A DNA stretch of 64,000 bases. Source: Methanobacteriota archaeon. Its GTDB lineage: Archaea; Thermoplasmatota; Thermoplasmata; SG8-5; JAGLSY01. The notes below the pieces were generated by a model. The model had not been told where the DNA came from, made no database searches, and was given only the letters and a program-made list of their open reading frames with translations. Numbering within the stretch: the first letter of the stretch is position 1; each line of letters starts with the position of its first letter. The stretch lies in contig JAEHCQ010000001.1 of NCBI GenBank assembly GCA_020696385.1, forward strand, positions 654,770 to 718,769, written 5' to 3'. The position numbers were made by a program, and so were the translations under genes. This document shows, piece after piece, positions 21,512 to 29,148 of the stretch.

Positions 21512-22438
21512 ATGCTGGGACTTGAGATATCAGAGCTGAAAAATGAAGAAATAGATGATCTCAGGCATATGCAGGCATTAGTCTGGCAGGATCATTTTTT
21601 GAAGGAAAGAGGGCAGGAAGTTCCCTTGCTATATAGAAGTCGTAAGAATATAGAATCATATATGACTAAGAAGGGTGGATTTTGCTTTGTGGCCAGGATA
21701 AATGGTAAGATCATTGGATCCATAATCTGTCATACCTGGGGCAGTGTTGGATGGTTTGGCCCCTTCGAGGTGCTTCCCGAGTACCAGAATAGAGGAATAG
21801 GCAAGGAGCTGGTCAAGCACGCCATGAACTTTTTGAATGAAAGCCGATGCTCAACGACGGGATTGGAAACAATGAGTGGAAGTGCCAGAAATGTGGCATT
21901 TTACACAAAATATGGCTTCAAATCGAAGAAATTATCCTATGTCCTTTTCAAGGATCTGGAAGCTCGAGCTGGCCAGACAGACAAATCATTGATCGCGAGA
22001 AAGATAGGACGCGAGGATATTCCAAGGCTCAGGCCAGCATGGGAAAGGATAGAGCATGGATTGGACTATTCGGCAGAGATACATGCCACAGAAGATCATG
22101 AGTTGGGCGAGATGTGGGAATTCGATGATGGAACGGACTTTCCGAACCACGCGATCCTTCACACATACGAGCTGATAGATGGTAGCATGAACACACTTAT
22201 GAAATTATTAGTGGCCGATAAAAAAGAGACCGCACTGGCCATGCTCGCCTGGTTCGAAGAAAGAACACAGAATCTCGGTAAAAAAGGAATATTTCTCAGG
22301 TATTATCAGGGAACCGGGCTGGAACTGGCAGACCTGCTTGATCAAGGATACATGTTGAATGGCACCCTCATCAGGATGCAGATGTTGGGTGATGGTGAGG
22401 ATACGGAACTCGCCCATATTTCCTGCTGGTCTGGATGA
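21512..22438 (+). CDS. GNAT-family N-acetyltransferase
   Basis: VLPEYQNRGIGKELV acetyl-CoA motif, NVAFYTKYGF. Confidence 0.85.
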   Translation: MLGLEISELKNEEIDDLRHMQALVWQDHFLKERGQEVPLLYRSRKNIESYMTKKGGFCFVARINGKIIGSIICHTWGSVGWFGPFEVLPEYQNRGIGKELVKHAMNFLNESRCSTTGLETMSGSARNVAFYTKYGFKSKKLSYVLFKDLEARAGQTDKSLIARKIGREDIPRLRPAWERIEHGLDYSAEIHATEDHELGEMWEFDDGTDFPNHAILHTYELIDGSMNTLMKLLVADKKETALAMLAWFEERTQNLGKKGIFLRYYQGTGLELADLLDQGYMLNGTLIRMQMLGDGEDTELAHISCWSG

Positions 22439-22505
22439 AGGCGGCAGAACTTCTGAGTGAAAAATAAGCGACGATTTCAAATATCACAAAACATATCGCC
22501 CTCGG

Positions 22506-23138
22506 ATGAGTGATTTGGATATCGGTTTCAAGGAAATATCAGAGGTCCACCGGAGCGAAAAGCGGAGCAAGACATTGACAAAATTGCCCCACTTGTTTTA
22601 CGATCTGGCAGGGGAGCATTTGGAGCTTCTCAAGGACCAGTATAAAGAAAAAGCCAGGAACCCATCCAGTACCGACGCGCTGATCCACCAGGATAATATT
22701 AAAAAGATCAATAAAAGACTGTGTCAGATCTACGATCTTCGTGAGCGGAAGATCGTAATTGCCGCTCTCAATGGAGTGGAAGGTAGCCAACCACCCAAAG
22801 ACATGACCAAAACTGAAGCGAAAATGTACACCGAGGTGATCTCCACTTTGAAGAGGTTCAGGGAATGTCCGATCGATGAGCCAGTGGAGGTTCAGACATC
22901 GATCACCAGCAAGCCCGCGCCCACTGTGATAGAACCAGTGGCTGCCAAGGGCGGCTTCCCCGAAGAGGAAGTGAAAAAGGAATCCGTCACCTGCCTGGTC
23001 AGGGTATTGGAAGAGGTTCCGCCATTTGTCGATGTGGACCAGACCTACAATCTGAAAAAAGAAGATGTGGTCACCCTACCCGAAAAATTCGCCAGAATAC
23101 TCTCACTTAAGGGAGCGGTGAAGATACTGGATATTTGA
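22506..23138 (+). CDS. DNA replication GINS complex subunit (Gins51/Gins15)
   Basis: Helical A-domain (EKRSKTLTKLPHLFY...LRERKIV) plus C-terminal B-domain (VRVLEEVPPFVDVD.TYNLKKEDVVTLP..A.IL...G). Confidence 0.85.
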   Translation: MSDLDIGFKEISEVHRSEKRSKTLTKLPHLFYDLAGEHLELLKDQYKEKARNPSSTDALIHQDNIKKINKRLCQIYDLRERKIVIAALNGVEGSQPPKDMTKTEAKMYTEVISTLKRFRECPIDEPVEVQTSITSKPAPTVIEPVAAKGGFPEEEVKKESVTCLVRVLEEVPPFVDVDQTYNLKKEDVVTLPEKFARILSLKGAVKILDI

Positions 23139-23188
23139 TCATCCAGTACGATGGGCTCTTATTCCCACTTATTCTCATTTTGTAGATA

Positions 23189-23980
23189 TTATTTATTGAT
23201 CTTTCCGGCTGGTGAAAGATATACTGTGAACTCGTCCTCGCCATCCACACCTATTATTCCATCCATTAGTTTCTGGTCATAGGCCGCGATACCGCACGCA
23301 CCTGCACCGATGGCTTCGCATGCCAGGTAGAGATTCTGGCATACGTGACCAGCCTCGATAGCGATGTCCTTATGAGCCACAATGCTGTATCTCCATTCGG
23401 CCCGATATGGAACCGCGGCCCAGATAAAGGTGGCCGCGCATTTTCCCACAAAGCTCTGACCATAGGATGCTTCCTTCACCTTCTGCTGCTGGTCGGGTAT
23501 TTCATCCTTGATCAACAACAGCTTATGTTCAATAGGGATGTATCTGTAAATTCCAGGCTCGAGACCATCCACCCAGTTGACTGCCAGATATGTTTCAAAG
23601 GGTTGGCGTGCGCCTCCAGAAGGAACAGTTCTTTTCGTCCAGACCTTGCTACCATCTACTTCCCGCACACCCTGTGTGGCCCATAGAAGGAAAGATAATT
23701 CTTCCATTGTGAGAGGTGTTTCCGTGAAAGAGCGGCGGCTTCTCCTATCGCCGATCACTTTAGCGATAGGCGTCTGGCCAATGCTCTCGAATGGAGGATG
23801 TACCAGATCTATTAATTCGGCATTATCCGGATAAGGCTTTTGAAGAGGTGGTGGAGCGATACCTTTCCCCTGATCGGATTCGAAATCAGCATCATCGCCA
23901 TCCAATAGTTCCCAGTCCAAGGCCTTGATGGCCTCCCTGTTCTTCCTGATCATCTCTTCTTTCTTGTTCAATTTTACCAC
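23189..23980 (-). CDS. SagB/ThcOx-family nitroreductase-fold dehydrogenase
   Basis: RRSRRSF, ELSFLLWATQG, RTVPSGGARQPFETY, EAGHVCQNLYLACEAIG. Confidence 0.9.
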   Translation of the reverse strand: MVKLNKKEEMIRKNREAIKALDWELLDGDDADFESDQGKGIAPPPLQKPYPDNAELIDLVHPPFESIGQTPIAKVIGDRRSRRSFTETPLTMEELSFLLWATQGVREVDGSKVWTKRTVPSGGARQPFETYLAVNWVDGLEPGIYRYIPIEHKLLLIKDEIPDQQQKVKEASYGQSFVGKCAATFIWAAVPYRAEWRYSIVAHKDIAIEAGHVCQNLYLACEAIGAGACGIAAYDQKLMDGIIGVDGEDEFTVYLSPAGKINK

Positions 23981-23987
23981 CTTTGTT

Positions 23988-24024
23988 TTGCTAATGACTC
24001 AGGATGACCCCAAGTCATTAGCAA
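23988..24024. repeat. 12-bp inverted repeat between the YkgJ-like gene and the nitroreductase gene
   Basis: TTGCTAATGACT-N13-AGTCATTAGCAA. Confidence 0.7.
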
Positions 24025-24033
24025 TTTTTCCTT

Positions 24034-24417
24034 TCATCTTCTATGTTTTCTCTCATCCTTCAGTTTCCTTACGAGGGCCATGATGATATCCTTATCATGG
24101 CTTGTTGGCTCCATCTCGTCGATATGAGGGCATTCGTCATCCAGCACCGCCCCGGTATCATCATCGTACAGAAGGGGATAGCTCCTACACCCTTCTGGCC
24201 GTACCTCGTAGATGGTGCAAAGACGACCATCGTGAAAGACGCATAGACCATTACGATTCCTCAATTGCAGCCAGTGATCGACCTCGACAGCGAAATCATC
24301 ATATGTATTTCCCATTGCCATTATGCGTTTGATATCCATCTCCGAGAGGGGCATCTCCGTGTCCTGGCAACATCGAATGCAATTTTGTTCCGTGCAGGGG
24401 TATTTCATATTGATCAT
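24034..24417 (-). CDS. YkgJ-family cysteine-cluster protein
   Basis: C-x4-CIRCC, CVFH...CTIYEVRPEGCRSYP. Confidence 0.85.
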   Translation of the reverse strand: MINMKYPCTEQNCIRCCQDTEMPLSEMDIKRIMAMGNTYDDFAVEVDHWLQLRNRNGLCVFHDGRLCTIYEVRPEGCRSYPLLYDDDTGAVLDDECPHIDEMEPTSHDKDIIMALVRKLKDERKHRR

Positions 24418-24592
24418 GCCCTATATACTAAGGATAATATAGATACATAACTGAGAATATATAAATGATTATATTCAATATTGTATGTTATTCTTTTTCT
24501 ATAATCGCATTCGTAGCAATCCTTAATTAATCGGAATGTGGTTTACCTCGTCCTGGAGATGAGAGGTGTTTCATCTCCGGGACGTGACGAAG

Positions 24593-25147
24593 ATGGCGAA
24601 GAAAACTGGCATCGACAGGGATAAACTGGCATTGGTGATAATAGATATTCAGGACAAGCTTTTTCCAAACATTCATGAAAAAGAAAATGTGGTGGAGAAT
24701 GTGATCAAATTGATAGAATTCTCGAAGATAATAGGAATTCCGATCATCCTTTCTGAGCAATATCCAAGAGGTTTGGGTGGGACATTGAATGAGATACAGC
24801 AGGTTCTTGACGAATACCAGCCGCATGAGAAGACCACCTTCAGCTGTTGTGGAGAAAACGGAATAGAAGACAAATTACTGGAGCTGGGGGCGACGACCAT
24901 CGCCATCACGGGTATCGAATGCCATGTGTGTGTTTTCCAAACCACCAGGGATCTGCTGACTCGAGGATACGATGTCCACGTGATCAGTGACGGTGTTTCT
25001 TCAAGAATATCGGAGAACAAGAAAGTGGGTTTGGATCGCATGAGGGTACTGGGTGCGACAATATCCAGCACGGAGATGTTCATGTTCGAAGTGATGGAAA
25101 AGGCTGGAACTCAAGAATTCAAAGATGTGGCTCCACTCTTGAAATGA
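24593..25147 (+). CDS. Isochorismatase-family cysteine hydrolase
   Basis: IIDIQ, SEQYPRGLG, EKTTFSC, GIECHVCV; likely ATG at 24593. Confidence 0.9.
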   Translation: MAKKTGIDRDKLALVIIDIQDKLFPNIHEKENVVENVIKLIEFSKIIGIPIILSEQYPRGLGGTLNEIQQVLDEYQPHEKTTFSCCGENGIEDKLLELGATTIAITGIECHVCVFQTTRDLLTRGYDVHVISDGVSSRISENKKVGLDRMRVLGATISSTEMFMFEVMEKAGTQEFKDVAPLLK

Positions 25148-25166
25148 TGTTGATGGAAGGATAAAA

Positions 25167-25191
25167 CTGGGCTCAAATACATAGAGCCCAG
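25167..25191. terminator. Inverted repeat between convergent genes
   Basis: CTGGGCTC-N9-GAGCCCAG followed by a T-rich run. Confidence 0.5.
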
Positions 25192-25225
25192 GCTATTGTT
25201 TTAATAAAATAGGTTAAAAGATTGC

Positions 25226-25939
25226 CTATTCCTCGGTCTCTTCAGGTGCGACAGGTGGTTCTGGGGCTTCTTCTGCAACGGGCTTCTCTTCCTCACCCTC
25301 TGCTGCTCCTTCTTCCTCTTCATGCTCATCTTCATAGACGTGCACAATCTCACCCTGGCGAAGGACCTCGGTCTTGCGGATCTCCACCCTCTGCATTGGC
25401 TGGATCACTTTGCAAGCGATGGCCGCTTCTCGACCCATCTGGCCTCCGATGATGCCTTTGACAACCTCGTTCAAGGATCTTGTACGTGTGTAGTTGTTTA
25501 TGACATCGAAGACCTTCTGGCGAATGGCCGTCTGCTGGGATGACTTTATCCTGCGCTCGGATATGATCAGGGGCTTGATCCTGAGTAGGAACTTGTCCCT
25601 TGTGTAAGCATCGACAATGAGATCGGTCTTCGTCCTCTTCCTTCTGGTCAGCCTTCTGACATAATCACTTGTCATGTCATGACCGACGAAGGTCGTGTGG
25701 GCGTCTGATCCTCTTACATCGATGATCTTGAAAGCCATCTTTATGTGCATCTTTGAGAAATCCCCAGTAAGGTCCTGAACAGTGACCTCGGCTACTCTAC
25801 CAATAAGCTTTTCTGGCTCGTCTGCCAAGGCTTCTGATACCTTTGCCCTGTCGAACATATCGGGAGCCATTACATTATACCAGCTTTTGGACTTCCACTT
25901 GTCTTTCTTTGGGCCTCCTCGACCTCTTGGTGCTGCCAT
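25226..25939 (-). CDS. rps3ae: 30S ribosomal protein S3Ae (eS1) with acidic C-terminal tail
   Basis: KDKWKSKSWY.V.AP..F, LIGRVAE, DYVRRLTRR, RVEIRKTEV. Confidence 0.95.
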   Translation of the reverse strand: MAAPRGRGGPKKDKWKSKSWYNVMAPDMFDRAKVSEALADEPEKLIGRVAEVTVQDLTGDFSKMHIKMAFKIIDVRGSDAHTTFVGHDMTSDYVRRLTRRKRTKTDLIVDAYTRDKFLLRIKPLIISERRIKSSQQTAIRQKVFDVINNYTRTRSLNEVVKGIIGGQMGREAAIACKVIQPMQRVEIRKTEVLRQGEIVHVYEDEHEEEEGAAEGEEEKPVAEEAPEPPVAPEETEE

Positions 25940-26053
25940 TTAAGATTCTCCTGGAATGGGTGGGATATTATATTTCCTATATAAAAACTACCATTGAATT
26001 GATAGGGATTGTGTGTATACGTATGATGGGGACTAAATCACACTCGATAATAT

Positions 26054-26283
26054 GGGCGTGGGACGGGGGCTATGGCAATAACTGGGGATCAAGCTTTCAT
26101 TGTATCCTTTTCCATAGGGTTTACGTGTCGTGGGACGGGGTGGTACACAATCACCCTAGGGGATGAATGTGTCCCTAAATAGGCCATAGTCCCGACTCGC
26201 AGCGGTACACTCGCTGCGTTAAGTTGAATCATCATTGATGGGACTACGGCGGTGTTCCTGGGTTCAAACCTTGCTCCGCCCCC
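26054..26283 (+). ncRNA. Candidate structured non-coding RNA (unassigned)
   Basis: GC-rich, multi-hairpin segment in an otherwise AT-rich intergenic region; G-U pairs favour the + strand; no credible ORF. Confidence 0.45.
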
Positions 26284-26303
26284 TCTAATGATATAAAAAT
26301 AGG

Positions 26304-26431
26304 TGTCGGGGACGGGGTTTGAACCCGTGACCTCCGGATCGCTCAGGATCCAAGGTTAGACTTCTGGGCGCCATTGTTACCCTAATGGGTCCCTATGAGT
26401 CCGGCGCTCCACCAGGCTGAGCCACCCCGAC
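26304..26431 (-). tRNA. tRNA-Met(CAU), elongator, with a 54-nt intron at 37/38 (26340-26393)
   Basis: Acceptor GTCGGGG/CCCCGAC-A, D-arm GCTC/GAGC, anticodon stem CCGGA/TCCGG around CT-CAT-A, T-arm ACGGG-TTCAAAC-CCCGT; canonical bulge-helix-bulge (CTCA/TGAG helix, TAG and CGA bulges). Confidence 0.95.
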
Positions 26432-26548
26432 AGGATGTTTATTGTCTTAGCCTAGGAATTCTTCCTTCTGATTTCCAGGGTTTATTTTCTTATCGTTAGT
26501 AAAGGTTTGCATAACTGGTAATTGCTCTTGATTATTGAGATCCATATT

Positions 26549-28348
26549 TTATAAATCTGGTTCTCCAAGAGGTGCTATACAAACTGGACATCTATCAGTT
26601 CCATCACAGCAATCATGGTGGAAGGATGTCCCACACCTGCATTTGATGCAATCAGAACCATGTTCGATAGTGTTCATGCAGATCGCACAGCTCCTATCAA
26701 GATCGTTATGTGTGCCATTGGTCCTATTGATAGCGACACTTTTTAAGATATCGGTGGGGGTTCTGAGCGATGTGCCTTCGGTCTCATGTGCCAGTACTTC
26801 TATCTGAGAATCTATTTCGGATAGGAGCCTCTCCCCTACAGATCCCTTTATCAGATCCTTCTCCCAAGCTTCTTTGACAGACTCCTTCTTAGCCTCAAGG
26901 GTCTCCTTCACCGAGTATGTGTATTCCTCTCTGGGAATGAATCCATGTTCCTGTACCAAAAGTCCCAATTCAGTCAGAAGCTGGGAATTGGCCTGGCTAT
27001 ACTTGTGAATGAGCCAATCGTAGGCACTGGAGGATATCTCACCATCATCCTTCAATTGTATCAATTCATCCACCGTGTCTTTCAGCAGGGTGGCTATCTC
27101 TCTTTCTTCCTTTTCAGCTTCCTTTTTGGAGACCGAATGGAATCCCAATTTCTTGATCAATGTCTTCAGGCTCAAACCCTGAAGAAGAAGTGTCATTAGG
27201 ACCACGCCAAAGGTAATGGCCAATATAAGATCCCTATGAGGGAAAAGTGTGCCATCATCCAATGTGAGTGGTATCGACAAGGCCAGAGCTATGGGTATCG
27301 CACCTCTTAGGCCACCCCACCACATGACCGCCTGCCATTTTTTGGGAAGGTTATTCGGCTCATTCTTGTTCATTATCTTGCCTATTATGAATATTGACGC
27401 GGCTCTCGCGAACCAGAGAGCTAATACGCAAAATACTACCAACCCGATCTCATTCCAGACAGCACCCAGATCGACATTCATTCCAACCACTATGAAAAGG
27501 AAGGAATTCACCAGAAACACTATGAAGCCCCAGAAGCTCAAAAGCGTGTGTCTGGCTGAAGGCGTCATGGCAAATCTTGTTCCATAGTTTCCGAGTATCA
27601 GACCTGCCATCACAACAGCGAATACACCGGATGCCCCCATGTTCTCAGCCATCGCGAATAGGCCGAATACCATGATCAAAGTTATCATGACCTCGGTGAA
27701 CTTATCATCTATCTTTGAGATTATCAGGAATAATATGTAACCGACGGCCAATCCCAGAAGAATCCCAAAGATGGCCATCCTGAGGAAATCCACTATACCT
27801 GTCATGATGTCCAGATTACCACTTCTAATAAGATCCAGAATAACAGCGAATAGAACAAGACAAGTTCCATCATCAAATATGCTCTCCCCCTCTATTATGT
27901 TCTTCAATTTGGTGGGGATCTTGGTATCCTTGTAAATGGCCAGTATGGAAACCGGATCTGTAGGGATTATTATTACCGCGATCAGAAGAGCGATGGGGAA
28001 GGTCAGGGCCGAGGCAAAGAAAGAATCTGTGAAAATATATATCAGCCAGCCCACGAAGAAAGATGATATGATCAAGGCTGGAATAGCCAATAATGAAATC
28101 ACCTTGGCATTCTCCTTCAGATGCTTCAGGCGCATGTGTAGGGCACCCTCGAATATCAATGGAGGGAGAAGGATATGGAAGATCATGTCCTTATCAAGAA
28201 CAAATGGGGGTTCGACATTGAAATAAGCGATGACCAGGCCAGATATCAAAAGCACGATGGTATAAGGCCACCTTATGTACTTTGCCACGATGGCCACGAT
28301 CACGGCCACCATCATAATCACAAGGAACTGGTCTATATCCAATGCCAT
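26549..28348 (-). CDS. CPA1 Na+/H+ antiporter (NhaP/NhaG-like) with a C-terminal RING-type Zn finger
   Basis: LLPPLIFE, PTDPVS, EGESIFDDG, GLRGAIPIALAL; terminal CAIC..CRC..HHDC..CPVC. Confidence 0.9.
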   Translation of the reverse strand: MALDIDQFLVIMMVAVIVAIVAKYIRWPYTIVLLISGLVIAYFNVEPPFVLDKDMIFHILLPPLIFEGALHMRLKHLKENAKVISLLAIPALIISSFFVGWLIYIFTDSFFASALTFPIALLIAVIIIPTDPVSILAIYKDTKIPTKLKNIIEGESIFDDGTCLVLFAVILDLIRSGNLDIMTGIVDFLRMAIFGILLGLAVGYILFLIISKIDDKFTEVMITLIMVFGLFAMAENMGASGVFAVVMAGLILGNYGTRFAMTPSARHTLLSFWGFIVFLVNSFLFIVVGMNVDLGAVWNEIGLVVFCVLALWFARAASIFIIGKIMNKNEPNNLPKKWQAVMWWGGLRGAIPIALALSIPLTLDDGTLFPHRDLILAITFGVVLMTLLLQGLSLKTLIKKLGFHSVSKKEAEKEEREIATLLKDTVDELIQLKDDGEISSSAYDWLIHKYSQANSQLLTELGLLVQEHGFIPREEYTYSVKETLEAKKESVKEAWEKDLIKGSVGERLLSEIDSQIEVLAHETEGTSLRTPTDILKSVAINRTNGTHNDLDRSCAICMNTIEHGSDCIKCRCGTSFHHDCCDGTDRCPVCIAPLGEPDL

Positions 28349-28458
28349 TCTATTGCTCCATTAGGGATTTGCTGAAATATAGGGACGCATATATAAGTGT
28401 ATAGCCCGTTTTATTAGGGCCATTCTGAGAAAAGATATTTAATTGATACTAAAATTAG

Positions 28459-28621
28459 CGAATCAAACACTGGACATCAATGATTTATTGAATATGTGTT
28501 TGACAAAAAAGATGCTTGCATTCCTGGAATGCACATCTTACGAATCAAACACTTTACTGATAATATAATTGAAAACGTATTAGATAAAAAAGATGCTTGC
28601 ATTCCTGGAATGCACATCTTA
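28459..28621. repeat. Tandem copies B and C (82-bp period) of the two-hairpin element
   Basis: CGAATCAAACAC-N25-GTGTTTGA, and CGAATCAAACAC-N24-GTATTAGA, each followed one base later by an identical AAAAAAGATGCTTGCATTCCTGGAATGCACATCTTA. Confidence 0.9.
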
Positions 28622-28653
28622 AAAAAAAAAAGAAAATAAGAAGTAGGGGGTGC

Positions 28654-28872
28654 CTACTTCTTCATTATTTTCATCCAGCCGCCACTTTCGTAGACCTGGA
28701 GCTTCCTCTTACCGAGAGTTGTTTTGAACTCGTCCCAGTCGATGATCTCCAAGCGGTCATTCTTGCCCTTTGTGAACTGAATGCCCTGTGTGTTCTTAAC
28801 ACGGCCTGGCTTTAATCCCTTTCTCTTTGCTATGTCTATTGCTTTGTCTACTGTAATTGGTTCCATTACCAT
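28654..28872 (-). CDS. Small basic protein of unknown function (~72 aa)
   Basis: GGAGG SD, TATA-like CTTAAATATA about 80 nt upstream, K/R-rich (KGLKPGRVK...LEIIDWDEF). Confidence 0.75.
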   Translation of the reverse strand: MVMEPITVDKAIDIAKRKGLKPGRVKNTQGIQFTKGKNDRLEIIDWDEFKTTLGKRKLQVYESGGWMKIMKK

Positions 28873-29148
28873 TTTCTTTTCCTCCACTGTTTATTTAGCA
28901 TGACTGGCTCATCGAGCCACACCATGGCCAGTAGTGTATGGCTAATGAATATATTTAAGCCTTTGGGTATACTGGCTACAAAAATTCATTGATAAATTAA
29001 CATTGATAAACATTTTGTTCACTATCGACTGAGACACCTTAACAAAATGATAATCGATGAAAAGGCCTGCCAGATAAAGCAATAGGTGATTGGATCATTT
29101 ACCAATATTTTTATACCAATGTCATTCTTGTGGTGGATGGGGTTCCAA

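Noticed and set aside
23189-24417. RiPP (thiazole/oxazole) biosynthetic cluster
   Set aside because: The SagB-like gene stands alone, with no YcaO, E1-like partner or precursor peptide nearby.
26054-26283. SRP RNA, RNase P RNA, tmRNA, T-box or a second tRNA
   Set aside because: No CAGG-GNRA-AGCA helix 8, no GAGGAA/ACAGAA P4 elements, and the T-stem and acceptor pairing fail. The GGGGGCG...GGTTTGAAC and GGGTGGTAC matches are too short.
26304-26431. Initiator tRNA-Met or tRNA-Ile2(CAU)
   Set aside because: G1-C72, the CCGGA/TCCGG anticodon stem and the 37/38 intron fit the elongator Met; it lacks A1-U72 and the GGG/CCC anticodon-stem pairs.
28459-28621. CRISPR array
   Set aside because: Only two units, the constant part (~57 bp) is too long and the variable part short, and there is no leader or cas gene. 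Kept as an unclassified repeat.
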